Notes under the pieces: generated by a model | What the model was told of the DNA's origin: nothing | What the model saw: the letters and a program-made list of their open reading frames with translations, nothing else | Database searches by the model: none | Part shown: positions 27,483 to 40,871 of the stretch, piece after piece | Numbering within the stretch: the first letter of the stretch is position 1 | How the letters are laid out: each line of letters opens with the position of its first letter | Position numbers and translations under genes: made by a program | Assembly: GCA_013239625.1 (NCBI GenBank) | Contig: MU053557.1 | Location: 3,812,123 to 3,876,122, forward strand | Origin: Lama guanicoe | Lineage: Eukaryota | DNA: 64,000 bases | Direction of reading: 5' to 3'

Positions 27483-28869
27483 TCTGCCAAGCACATACCT
27501 TCCCTTTCCTCTTATTCCTCTCCTCTCCTCTCTGTACTGCTCTCTCTCCTCTTTCCTCTATCCTTCAAGTGCAAGTCTTTTAAAATTGTCAAGAAAGTAA
27601 TTAAAAAAAAACTATTCTTGTTTTTATCACAGTCACACTTCAGTTTTGATTACACAGTAATACCTTATTTGATTGCCAAATTCAATAAAATATAGTCACC
27701 ATTTTCACAGACAGAAAATTCATCCTAATTATTGAGATGAACCAAAATAAAATTCCTCAAAATATGTAATTTCCAAACAGAAAACAAATATCCTGAAATA
27801 AAGAGAATATCTGAACTTTGTATATATTTTCCAAAAGTGATTGCTTTAAAAGGAAACCAATTATTTAGTTGTAGACTTTCTGAATTACTCATCTATGCAT
27901 TGCATTAATCCCTTGCGTTTAATTAAACTGGGCACGTTTTGCATAATCTTCCCATAATTGAAATTGTTACATTTTTCTTCATGATATTTTAAGTAGTTGT
28001 TTATGATTTGAGGTTGACTTCCTCACTATTTATCACTATAACCATTGTGAGTTTTTGTTGTCATTCACCTAATGAAAGCTTTGGCATCATACTCGTTGAC
28101 CTTTCTAGCAATTAAATTGGCCATGATAGTATGATTCATCTTAGTTGTACAAAAAGTGTATTTTCAAGGAGTCAAAACATAAAGAGCTTCATTATGACTA
28201 CTTTTTACTTTACAGAAAAGGGGAAATAGTAAATAGTCCTTATTTCAAATATTCCTCAATCCAGTAACTGTTAAAAAATATTTTTTACAAATTAAAAAAA
28301 ATACACTGACTTCTTTGTTCATTTTGACTTAAAGATTGAAAATCACTGGCATTTGACTACAATGAAGATTATTTTAAAGTAACGATCTGATTTCTGTGCA
28401 GAAAATGATTTTTCTGATGCAGTTCTGATGACAATGTAGTACCTACCTCTTTGAGGTACACGCTGGTTGACATGAACTCCGAAAATCCAAGTTACACCCG
28501 AGATTCCATTCTCCCACGGTTACTCATTTGGATCCCAGACGTGTAGGACCTGTCTGAAAGAGACACAGGCGTCAAGTGGGGCTCCACCAGTGAATCATCC
28601 CTTTCATGTAACGAAACCGTAGAGGGAAGGACAGGGAGGGTATATTGGTTGTTAGGAAAATGTAGATTACTGGTGGAAAATAACATCCTCCATTAATAAG
28701 CTCTGAGGTGCGACTCATATAAATGTCCTAATTTTTAAGATTGATGGGAGCATGAAGCATTTCTTTACGTGACAGGTCCCAACAAATGCCTGCAGTATAG
28801 ACGACCACATACGGTTTTAGAATGTGAGTTTATAAAGAAGGTGGAGATCCCAACTCCATCTATCACGTC

Positions 28870-28877
28870 TATATATA
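28870..28877 (+). promoter_or_regulatory. Candidate TATA box of SPINK6
   Basis: TATATATA 100 nt upstream of the ATG. Confidence 0.5.
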
Positions 28878-28969
28878 TGTCTGTGTGTCTTTTAGTGCTC
28901 CAGGAAGTGTCTTGACAGAGAATCAGAGCTGGACAAAGCAGCCTGGATCTGAGTGAGCCAACTGGCACC

Positions 28970-29027
28970 ATGAAAATATCAGGTGTCTTTCTGCTTCTCT
29001 CTCTGGCTTTTTTCTGCTTTTTCTCAG
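28970..29027 (+). CDS. SPINK6: SPINK6 coding exon 1 (MKISGVFLLLSLAFFCFFS + 1 nt)
   Basis: caccATG Kozak context, signal peptide, GTGAGT donor at 29028. Confidence 0.95.
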
Positions 29028-29819
29028 GTGAGTTTTTTTTTTCCTTAAAATTAAAATCCAATATTTATACTGCATTGGAAGTGACAAGTGTATTTGTCCA
29101 CCATATTTCAAAATCCTAACAATTCTGATCTAAAAGACTAACTCTGGGAGATCATTATCTCAATCATTAATTATGATTGTGATGATGAAAATGGTCATTG
29201 TAATGTTAAAAATAACTTTTATTTGTTGAGCATATACTATATTTTAGGCATGTACTAAGAGTTTTTATGCCTTATCTCCAATGCAAATAGCAAGGTATTC
29301 ATACCCACATTCCACACACAAGAAAACTGAGTCCTGGGACCTTCCATGTGTGGTGTATCATTTTCTGTGATAAAAGAAATTGAATTTTGCTGCTATCAGA
29401 GATTTTAAATGCCCAAACGTGTAAAAACAACAATTTTTTAATGAGACTGAGAAGATGGAGAAGTCACTGTTCCCACAAAACTGGTCATATTTTCATAAAC
29501 AAATATGTTTAGAAACACGAAAAAGTGGATACACGATTTCTGTGATATAATGGATTAATTTTGATTACTAAAGCCAAGTAATTTGAGTAAGTGGCTTAGT
29601 CAACTGGTGAGATGACATAAAAATAGATCAGACTATATTAAAATGTACTTGCAAAGATAGTCTTAGAAATTAACTGATATCCTCTTAATTGCTTTTCTTT
29701 ACAGAGACAAATTGATCTTTTAATTCAATCTGGTTGACTAATACCAACAAATACTAATACTAAAACAAGGTTCCTTATAGACATGTTGGCATTTGGGAAA
29801 GCATAAGTGCCTAAGAGCC

Positions 29820-30025
29820 TTAATGCTGAGATCAAGAGAAATGAATTTCAGTCCTGGCATTTCTATTTTATAGCGGTGTGCCGTTTCTGGTCTCATTTTC
29901 CTCATCTGTAAAATGGGGATGTAACAGGAATAGCCCTAAATGAGGAATTAAATGAAAAAGTACATGTAAAATGCTTAGCATAGGGGATGGAACATAGTAA
30001 GTGTTTAACAAATGTCGATTAATAT
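29820..30025 (+). mobile_element. MIR SINE
   Basis: Core tctcattttcctcatctgtaaaatgggg and gaggaattaaatga...catgtaaaatgcttagca. Further MIR-like pieces lie near 1400-1600, 9470-9590, 31600-31790, 35620-35790 and 39560-39800. Confidence 0.8.
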
Positions 30026-31340
30026 TGCCACCACTAAATTTTAATAATGAGAGTACTAGCTGGACTCAGGCACTGGTATTAACCTTGCTTCCACTTTGAC
30101 ATTTCATGCATATGAAACTTTGGACAAAATCTCTCCTCTTCTGAGAGATTCTGAGATTTGTATAGTGGAGAATGGCTGAAAACTGTAACAATGAGTCCTC
30201 CCTAGTCGTAAAAATTGATTGAAGTGGTTCTAAAAAGGTACATTTCCAGACTCTATTTTCTCTTATTTAATGGAACTTTTCAAGGGGCTGTCCTAAGAAT
30301 TTGTATTTTTAATAACGACCCACACCACACTGTTGGAATAAGGTTGGTAGCCACAACAGTAGAAGATCATTCACTTTTTTTTTTGCAAATTTTGCAAAGC
30401 CCCGTTTTCTCCTTATCCACATTAACAGAGAAAGTACCTTGAGGTATTTCCAGCTGTCTTCCCATAAGTGCTAGCCACACTGGAGAAGACTGCATTTATC
30501 CGTGTACTTTCTGTCACTGAGGTGACCTCGGGCTTGCGTGTGAGAGGTACTGCTGGCGTTAGGAGGTCCACAGAAATGGCCAGAGATCAGAAGTCAGCAG
30601 CGTGTATCAGGAATGAACCTAACACTTTTATTATTTCAGTATTTTAAACCACTGTGCTAATAAGCCACAACGTAAAACCACACAGATGATCACAAAGATG
30701 GAAGGAGGGGCAACTGTTATTTATGAACTTATTTCCCTTTCAGGAGTTTAGAGAGATGTAGCAGGAAAAATGACTCACAGGAAAGAAAATGAGTTTGTCC
30801 TTGCCAGTCTAAATTTGCACCAAAGTCTTTAAAGCTGAGTATGAAGGGCAGAAGAACAATTTTGAGCTCAAAGAACAAACAACAAATCCAATCCCTTCCC
30901 TCAACTGCCTGTAACAAAGGCTTTGGGGAGGGACTAAATGCACTGAACTTTGGAACATCAGAGTTAGAGGGAAATTTCCAACACAACTTCTCCAAAAAGA
31001 GGCCAGAGATGATAAAGTAATTCCCACAGTAAATTAGTGATGGGCGAAGACTTAACATGACTCTCCAGAGCCTTAAACGATTTCTCTCAGCCCAACCCAA
31101 CCTCCAATAAATATTAACCCATCACCATCCATGTCCACACAGCACTTTCCAAGTTTCTACCATTCCCTAAGAAGACAGTCGGTGTGAAAAACAAAACAAC
31201 CATACCATGACTTATCGAGATGCCCACAAACCAGGATAAGTATCATCCCAGGCTTTGGTATTTCCTAATTTTGCAAATTCCCCTTTTGGCACCTTCAGAA
31301 ATTAGTGTTTGGATTTTATGCTTTTTTCTTTTTTTTCCAG

Positions 31341-31363
31341 GTATCTTCAGTCAAGGAGTTCAG
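31341..31363 (+). CDS. SPINK6: SPINK6 coding exon 2 (GIFSQGVQ)
   Basis: Long polypyrimidine tract plus cAG, 23 nt exon, GTCAGT donor; matches recalled human GVFSQGGQ. Confidence 0.93.
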
Positions 31364-32059
31364 GTCAGTACGCATTTTTATTTACTCTTAGGACCTGGGT
31401 GGTGCTTGGCTGGTATTTCCTGACCAAAGAGGTTTGTCTACGGGTAAAAGAGCAAAAAAATGAACAAGCAGGCCAGATGCAAAAATCAGGAGATATTTCT
31501 TTGCTTTTTAACTACAGTCTCTCTACGAGAATACTGTTCTCAGTTTAAAAGAGGCGAAACACCCATTCTCAGATTTTGTTAAAGTAAAATGAATACAAAT
31601 AAAAGTAGGTTGACTGTGTGGTCACATTCATGTTCTTTCACTGATTTCACTGTGTGATCTCGGGCAAGTTACTCAGCTTTTCTGAGCTGTAATTCCCACA
31701 ACAATAGAAAAGGAATAATACTATTTACCTCATAGAACTGGATTCAAATCACATAAACTACATGGAAGCATTTGGAAAACTATAAAAAAAATTATTGATT
31801 AATAATTAATAGTTTCTGAAGGAGTTAGGACAGAGGCTATCTTTTTTTTTTTTTAGAAGTAAGACAACCAAGAGTAGACAGAAAACTTGTTCAGTTTGGA
31901 TTTGGACTGAATATATATAAACTGGCTCAATCAAACTTAAATACAATTTGGGTTAAAAATTGGAATGGGTACAAATTATCTTTACTGTTGGCTGATTTTT
32001 TCCAAATCAATCCACCAACTTTATTTTCCAGTTTTCTTGTCCTAGCTATCAAAAGACAA

Positions 32060-32195
32060 CACAAACAGTGGTATTTGCTCTGCCAGACTCGCCCTTGCTT
32101 CCATATTGAACATTAACACCTGACCCTGGCTCTGGTCCTTGTTTGCCCTGATGTGCCCAAGAACCCTTGGCATCAAAATTTTCCAGACACTGCTG
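32060..32195. mobile_element. MER5-like hAT DNA transposon fragment
   Basis: cagtggt...agacactg termini; family assignment from recall. Confidence 0.4.
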
Positions 32196-35100
32196 CCAAC
32201 TAATAAGAGTTGGCAAAGAAGTTGAAAGATATTTTCCAACTCTAATATACCTACTACATTGCTTAAGGCTCTTTCTCCCCCCAGATTTTAGCATCTCAGA
32301 AACTGGGGTGTCTCTGACAATGAATGAAGTCTTACATTAAATACCCGCGTGAGTGTGCGTGTGCACGTGAGCGCATGCAATGCATGCACACGCTTGTGTT
32401 CATACCGGCATATATAATTGTACATCTTAAAATTTATTTCTTCTTATGTTTAAATACATAGGGTAGCCTGGTCTATGTTAAATATCAAAACAAACAAACA
32501 AGAAAAGGACGTAAGATCTGGCCAATATATTTTATACCCCATTAGGTGGTAAAATACGATAGGACCACTACTCACACGTTTTTAAAATACGGAATATAAT
32601 CCTAGTTTTCTCATTAACACAAATTCCCTTCTTTGGGCTTTGATTTCCCAGACTGTTAGTTTCCCAAATTTACAATAATCTGTTTACTGATTCTATTTCT
32701 TTAGATGGGCCTAAGTCTTATATTCTGCTTGCTTTAGGATCTCCTGCAGATGCTTACTAACTAAGTAGATCCTTAGGACCATGCCAGGCTTACTGGGTAA
32801 TAATCACAGTGGGGAGGTTTTAAATCTCCATTCTAAGCATCTAGTGCTGGCTGCACTGACTCTGGAGTGCTCAAATATATTGGCGACAATACAGATGAGT
32901 CCCAACATGAATACTTGCTGCCTGTGTGATTGGAAGAATGTCTCTTTCCCTTCTCATTGCCTTTGTTTCCATATCTCTAAAATAAACAGTTGGATTCAAT
33001 GGTCTCTAAAACCCCTTCTGGCTTTAGGCATCTGAATCAGTATGAACCAAGCATGCCTTGCCAAGACTGTTGTTTCTTTGCCATTCAAATATAAAAGGCA
33101 AAGAGGGTGGCACCTTTCAGAGGACATCAAGGCTACCCTTTCTCTTCCACATGCCAGGAGAGAGTGACAGTACCAATGGCAGGCAGAAGAAGTTGACACT
33201 AACCTTAGGAGCATGTCTGCCCGAGTCTGATCTAGCCAAGACAAACGGAAGGTTTTCTCTAACACTCAAGTCATTCTTTTCATGCCAAGAAGTCTCTTCA
33301 TTATGAAGCATCTGATGAGACATTATAGTTAGCAGTCTCAAGTACAGGGTTGTACAAGTTCCCCATTCTTTCAGAAATATTATTTAAGTGACACAAAAAG
33401 CACATTCCAGGGCTTCTGCAAGTCATGGTCCTATAAAATCCTCCCTGGAAATATAAACGACTAATATGCTACCAACTCTTTAATTTGCCATGTAGGAATA
33501 TTAAATAACATAAAAGTAATAATATAATAATTTAAGAATGAAACTATTAACCATCCCCAGCCTTCATGAAAGAAATTGCAGTGTAATACTAAATGCTTAA
33601 AAGTCATAATCTCAGAATAAGGATAGTCATTTAGCCTGGATAAATTTTGCTTTTACAATCACTTAACACCCTGTCTTTATTTTTCTAATTTCCTTTGTCA
33701 GGCTGTATATTTGAGAACCATATACTTACAGAGATTTTTAAATGAATATTCCAGATTGGAATTAATATAACAGACCTCTCAAAAACAATGATTGGCAACC
33801 ATTTGCTTTTACAGTAATTTGGGGGCTAAGTTTAGTTTTGTTTGTATTTTAAGATAAATATATGGTAAGTTTTAATACAGGTAGTGAAACAATACTCCAT
33901 GATAAGAATATGTTTGAGACTGTTCATTTTTCCTAAATAGCTTGAATTCACTTATAATTTTCAATCTGACAGGCTACCTAAATACAAGTTGGAGATGTTA
34001 ACTAGCTTCTGCAATTTACCTTCAGAGGAAAGCTGAGGGCTTAGAAAGAGGACCTCGCTGACTCAAGTTTACCAACAGCAGTAAAGGCAGCATCTCAGGA
34101 GCTCTGACTCCATAGAGAGCGAGCTTCCAGGGCTCCACGCTACCTCTAACCAGCACCAGTTCACGTCAAAGTGCTTTGAGCCGTGTAATTTTCTAATAAA
34201 TACACAATAGTGTTCACTAGCTTCACGTCTTAAGCAAAGAAGTAATGAAAACAGTAATTCAAAATAAGATAACTTGTTTCCACATGTGGAAGGGACATTG
34301 AACCTTGAAGGAAATGGACACAGAGAGCAGTCCTGACTGCGTGGGATCAGGTCAGACAAGTTGAGGGTGGGTGTAGGTTGTAAATGTGGAACTGGGGAAG
34401 AGGACTTGAGATGAAGAAACAGATGAAAGGTAGCACTTGCAAGGGGATAGAACTGGTGACATTTTAGTCTGAGGGTAGGTTAATAAACCTGAAGATGGGT
34501 GCTGTTATGGAAAAATGGAAAAATTAGAATGTAAAATCAGTATGGAGGGAAAAATAAAGTTATATACTGGGCATAAATGAATATTAAGTAGTATGAACCA
34601 AGCTTTAACTAAAGATAATCTTGCATATTTCTGACAAATAGAAGCTGGAGCTTGAGATTTTGATAAAGACTCAAGAAAAAAATTCTAGGACTCATTCATA
34701 TCACCTGGGACAATATATGTTCTTAGAGAAAATCAAGCATTTAAAATTTTCTTGAAAATGAACATACTGAATACTCAGGAGAAAACTAGAAAAGACAATA
34801 AAAAGGACAGAGAAGAAACAGCTGGAGAGCCAGAGCACTGACATACACACAAATCGGCAAAGAGTTTTGAAAGGTGGGAGTGTTCAAGAGCAGCACATAA
34901 CATAAAGAGATCATGGACATTTCATAAACAGCCAGGGGAAGTATCCTGTGAGGTGTCATTTTTAGAGCAGTTCTGGTAGTGTGGAGGGAATGTGAAGACA
35001 GGGGAAGTAGAAACCAAGTCAGGAAGGGGGGTAAGGAAAACTGACAAAATAAAGAAAGGAACTGATTTAACCACATAAGTAGTATTTTTCAGGAAAGGGA

Positions 35101-37123
35101 AGAAGAAATGAAGTCCTTCATCTTAGGTATGTGTGTGTGTATTTGCAAATTTTCATTGGCTGTATCTGTAGAACTAAGATGCTAAAGTATCAATGATGCT
35201 GACTCCTTAATTGATTTAGTGACCACATAAGCTTACTTTACAGCCAAGTTAAATGGTTTTGTAGTCACCATTAGCAACGATGACTAATTTGAGTACGCAA
35301 AGCGTCACTCTATTCCATTTTAGAAAGCATAGTTCTTTGAAGAACCACAAGGGGGCAGGCTGATACTAAACATTGGCACCCAAATGCCTAGAAGTCGTCT
35401 CTGGAAGCTGGACTATCTAAGGAAATAAAAGGAGGCGCTTGTTAAATCCAACACCAATCTAAAAAACAACAAAAAAACAAAAAAAAAAACCTTAAAAACT
35501 TTTTTTAAGCTAACTAAAATAGGGTAGGAAATAATGGGCGCAAAAATTCTAGTATGTGATATGACTTACATGGTTAGTGTTCGTTATAGCAATCTTCCAA
35601 TGGATACTTGATACTTCACTAAGTGTTTTTGTAACATTTATCATGTCAACAACCCTAGAACATAGGCATTGTCAGCCCCCCATAAAGAAGTCAGGAATGT
35701 AAACTCAGAGCAGTGAGTGTTTGCACAAAGTAATGCAGCCAATAAGCAGGAGAAGCAAAATTCAAACCTAGGCTAGTCTAATGCCATCTACAAGACAATA
35801 CCCTAGAACCACAGAACCCTGGGGCATTTCAACTAGACCTGGGGGCGGGGGCAGGGAGGGAGGGAATATTTCAGCTCTCCTAGATCGCCCAAATGCTTCA
35901 CAGAGGATACTAAGAGAAAAGATAATCCTATCATTACCCTTTGTCTAGACCTGCTTGACTTCCAGTGAGAAGCCAATTGCTTGGATTTCAATTAAGGGAG
36001 TCTAAAATAAAAAGATAAAAAAGGAGAGGAAATATAGGCAGTTGAATGACATTGCATTCAGGAATCAGTCTATCTCTTTCAGGGATGGGAGCTGTGTGGG
36101 CTCTTTTCTAGTCTCAACGCTGATATTCCTCTGCTTCACTCTTTGCTTCACAGAAGGGATTTCTGGCTGGCTTTGCAAAGGCATTCTTCACCTTCCCCAA
36201 CCTCCAGGGCTCTCACAGTGGCCCTTTTCTGTCCTCAGTCACCATGTGAACATTTTTCACACAATGAGTGAAGAGGATCTTTTAAACATAAAGGAGGAAG
36301 CATTTGGGCAACAGATGTTATTTCTCCCACCCAACTAAAGAATTAAAGAACTAAGTTAAGCTGCTCTACTAGAAAAATGCACTGCTAAATCCTGGATCAT
36401 CAAAGCTGATGCATCCTTAGAAACCGCCTAGTCCGGTGGTACTTGGCATTTTTTGAGCCACAGAGCCTTTCAGAATGTGATGAGAGCTACAGCTGGGGCA
36501 GGCCTACAATGAGCAGCTTATTTTCTACACTCCTCATCCAGGACTATTTCAAAAATTGTACACTGACTTTCTACAACTCTCAGGTGGCCACGTTTCATCC
36601 TTATAAAAACCCTGGTGAAAGGCATAGTAATTGTTTTTTGTTTGGTTGTTTTGTTTTAAATTTTTGGTTAAGAAAATTGAGGCACAGATACTGAGTACTT
36701 TGTTGAAGATAACACAACGGGCCAAAGGCAAATGGCAGAACAAATTCTGACGTGATTCCGGAGCTTCCTTCAGGGATCGTGGAAGGCCAGGGCAACTTAA
36801 AAGTATGAAATGCATCTATGTTAGGGAGGTTTGTTCATATGCCATTTGGTTGATTTGGTTTTATTCACTGAAATCCTGTGTTCTTCCTAGTCTCACTCCC
36901 AGGGCAGTGGAAGGGGGAAGTGGGTTTGGGGAGGGAGGTGAGATCTAGAAATTCTCAGAACGAAGACCCTCCCCAAGAGCCACTTCCATATCTGCTTTCT
37001 AAAGGACAAGAGAGGCTGGATCACAAGATCAGAGGGCCGGTGGCCAGGGAAAGGTGGCTTAAGGCGGCATCTCTTTCACGTAAGAGAATTTCTTTTTTCT
37101 TTTCCTTACCCTACCATGGAGAC

Positions 37124-37938
37124 CAGGTCCAGTATTTTTTAATAATCATTAGCTTATTTGCCACGAACATCTTTGCCACAGGTGTTTTTCCGCCCTGACT
37201 AATTAGCCATAAGGCATGTAAAAGATACACTAACTGGCTGATGGTTCCAGTTGACGATCTGGAGTCAGCTGGTAGACAGTTTGCTTTCATTTCTCCATTA
37301 ATGCTTTCATTTCCCCATTTTTGTATTACATAAATCTTAGCCCTCTTAATGGTCTAGACAGTGAGGAGTAGACGTGGTGGTCTTAAAATAGCAGATAACA
37401 ACAATGTATACTTGCTTGATAGAAAATGCAGTGATAAAACTTACTTGACAATATACCAGGGACAAACACAACACAATATAAAGCCGAGTAACAAATGTGC
37501 ATCCTAGTATTTGGGGAAAAAAAATGCCTCTCTTAATGAAGGCAGAAATTTTGGAAAAAAAAGAAAAAAAGAGTGCGATGTCCAACAAGGAGGCATATCA
37601 AGCAAAAAGGTTATAATATTATGAACTAAAGATTTCAAAGGCAAGTGCTTAGGTATAATCCACAAAATAAAACTGGGGATTTGTGCAATATTGCCATAAA
37701 TCTACGCACATTTAAAATGAATTTAAATAGTCTGTATTTTGCAATAAAGTCTTTTTAATTTTGTGATGAGAAATGAATTTCATTATACCCTCTCTAATGT
37801 CCCTCTTTACTTCTAGTGATTTTATCTTATACAGCAAAACTGCCTTATGGTTGGTTAGCTATTGATGAAAATGTGGGGGAAATACTTGTGGCAGAGATGT
37901 TCACAGCAAAGATGTTTACAGCGAAAATACCTAGAACC
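37124..37938. mobile_element. Non-autonomous DNA transposon with long TIRs (Mutator-like, Ricksha_c-like)
   Basis: gaacatctttgccacagg...ccataaggc on the left is inverted as gccttatgg...cttgtggcagagatgttc on the right; ends aaaatacctagaacc; decayed 9 bp TSD catggagac / tgtagagac. Confidence 0.65.
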
Positions 37939-38388
37939 TGTAGAGACGCCCTTCCCCCAGTTTCCACATTGCTTGCGGCTTGTCCCACTGGGGCACTGTG
38001 CCGTAATTACCTGTCCTCTGCCTCCCTGATGCAGGTAAGATAGTGAGCTTACTGATGTAGTGTTTATAACCAATTCCTGTTTCTATCACCAGCACCCGGC
38101 ACTGTTTTCCAAATACTAATTACCTGTTAGCTCTTTGTGAAATAAATGAAAATATCTATGATGACTCTGAGGTTTAAAGAATTTTCTTGACTCAAGCACA
38201 CAGTTATAAAAGTGTACAGCCAGAAACTCTGGCTTTGGGTTTGGGCCCTGGTCCGCTAACCAGAAGGCTGAAGGGCCCTGCCAAGACTTAGAAGAGGTTT
38301 GTAAGGTGGCGTGCCCACAGGGAGCAAGCGATCCTGAAAGCAGAAGGCACCAGATGGCTGGGGCTCTGGTCTGAACTGGGGGATGGGT

Positions 38389-38495
38389 TGGGGGCAGTGG
38401 GGGTTGGGGGCTGGAAGCAGCTAGGAGAGGCTAAGCAAGGCATGGGGGCAGTGGGGGTTGGGGGCTGGAAGCAGCCAGGAGAGGCTGAGCAAGGC
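38389..38495. repeat. G-rich tandem duplication, period 54, two copies
   Basis: tgggggcagtgggggttgggggctggaagcagc(t/c)aggagaggct(a/g)agcaaggc at 38389 and 38443; two mismatches. Confidence 0.9.
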
Positions 38496-40755
38496 TGCTG
38501 CAGGTGGGGGAGGCTGTGCAGGGAGGGCCTGGGCCTGAAGGCAGAGTGCACCGACTGACTGGCTCAGCCTACAGAGGGAGCCGGGTAGGAAAAGGACTGG
38601 AAGCTGGCACAGAGGGAGAGGGTGAGTAGGACCTCGCTGGGTGTGGTGCTGACAACCCAACGGTGAATGTTAACTGTAGAAAGGGCCGGCCCAGGGAGGA
38701 GGCACTTAGGAGGGGATATGGGGGAACGTGAAGGGGGTGCTTTCCTTTCTAGCTGAGAAGATCCCAACGGCAGCCTAGGGTGACCTGCTTGCACCCTATC
38801 CAGCCATGGCAGGGGGAGAGGGTAGGGAGGGCAGAAAGAGCATTCAGGGCCGGTCCCAGCTGTGCCATCAACTCAGTGTACTTGTCCAACCATGCCATGC
38901 GGCAGCCCTACCTGCCTGAGAACACTAAGGAGACAACAAAGCATTTATGCTTAAGGTGGAAAAAAATTAAAGTGTACATTAGTGACAAATACAAAATGCA
39001 TTAGCTTTTGAAAAAAAATCCTATAGTTTATAATGCCCGAAAGATTCTCCAGCTTTTTTTTTTTTTGAGACCTAAACTAAAGATGACTCCCCTGTAAGTA
39101 GTACGGGAGGATGTGTTATCCTTACGAGCAGTGGAGAAAGGGGCTGTAGGTAAGATTACAAGGAGCCTAGGTATCTTCTACTTGACTAAGCCCTAAGAAA
39201 ATCTCTGGTACTCTCTCAATAGTAGAAGACACCAAATTTCAACCAAATATATCAAAAGGTAAATTTAAGATTCTCAGATGCCTTAAATCTGATATATGTG
39301 ATAATATTTTTAAACTCAATCCTATGACTCTTTTGCTGTGCATTTCCTCGTGCAAACCTGGAAAGGGCTTTGTCAGTTCACATGGTTTGTTAATACCATA
39401 AACAAGCGACTCCTCTCACCTGTGCCCATACAGTCCCCCAATAAGGAATTTTAATAAAGCCTACATGGCACGACTGTAAGTGTGGTCAAGGGTATAGAGT
39501 GACGGTTGGTCTTAATTTCTCTCAACGAGGATGTGCTGGAAATCAACCAGAGCACATTGTTCGGAAACTCAGGGTCAGCAATAAGGAGTAGGTTCAAGTA
39601 CTGGTCTCAATGCTTCTGGTTGTGCGGCATTGGTGAGCCACGTAATTTTCCTGAGGATCAGCATTCACGTCTGTAAATTGGTTAATATAATATTGTTCAG
39701 TGTGCATCTCAGGGTTATTATGAGACTCAGCCGAGTTAATCCATATGAGAGGAGTTTGGATATTATGTAGCAACTGATAAACGTAAGATGGTATTATTTT
39801 AACGGAGCTTGGATGGGGTAAAGTGTGGTCCCTCTACTCATGTTTAAATGTCACTTCATTCCACACAGCTGCCATCTGAAGGACGCCAGTTCTACCTGTT
39901 GCCTGTACCCTGGAATAAGATGGCTCAAATGTCATTTGCACACCAAATATTGACTCAATTGACACTGGATTGAAAGGAATCTTAAAAGTCCAGACTATTT
40001 CTGAGAGACCACTATAACTGAGGGGACATGTTAGTAGCGCAGGCACTATCATTCCTGCAAAGCCCACGATGAGAATTATTAATTGGTCACAGCATGTGTT
40101 CTCACCGAGGTTGGACGCAATCTCAGAATCCTTCAAAATAAAGCAACTTAGGCAACCATTACTCAGTTATCACAGTGGCTACAGAAGTTCAAATTCCACA
40201 AACAAACTCTGGGACAGATTAAGTTAACACAAAGACATTAGAATTTTGTTTTCAAGAGACAGTGAAGGAACGCAGCAAGTCAAACTAACAAGCTATCAGA
40301 TAACATCTGGAAGCTCCTTGCAGTGATTATCCATATCTTTAAAGCAATGCAGAGGAGTGCTATGGGGTTACATTAATACAGTTTTTTAAAAAAAGCCATT
40401 TAAAGACCAAAACTACTCTCAATTGGAACAATTTTAGTGTTGAAGCAAAAAGTCATACCTATAGCTTTTGCTTTTCTCCGTACTTAAGAAGCATCTGCCT
40501 TACATCATTAACTTACTGCTCAATACAGTAACTGTAGCAATGTGTTTCCTACTTCTTAAAGAAAAAGCCTTAAATATGTTTAATATATTCTAGTTAGGCA
40601 GATAAGGAAAGTGAGTTTCTATTTCAGGGAACTTTACATCACAGCTATATACAACACTGTATATAAGTTTAAGTTTGCTGCCCAAGCTTCCATCTGAGGG
40701 ACAGTCCCGTAGACGGAATGCATTAACGTCAATGTCACTGTGCTTACTTCGTTAG

Positions 40756-40871
40756 GTTGACTGTGGTGAGTTCCAGGATCCCAAGGTTTACTGCACTCGA
40801 GAATCTAATCCCCACTGTGGTTCTGACGGCCAGACATATGGCAATAAATGTGCCTTCTGTAAGGCGGTGGT
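40756..40871 (+). CDS. SPINK6: SPINK6 coding exon 3 ([38 protein letters not shown])
   Basis: ttAG acceptor, GTAAGT donor at 40872; Kazal Cys I-V with P1 Arg. Confidence 0.97.

Noticed and set aside
38288..39004. Overlapping Pro-rich ORFs
   Set aside because: Expected by chance in GC-rich repeated sequence; no recognisable domain or exon structure.
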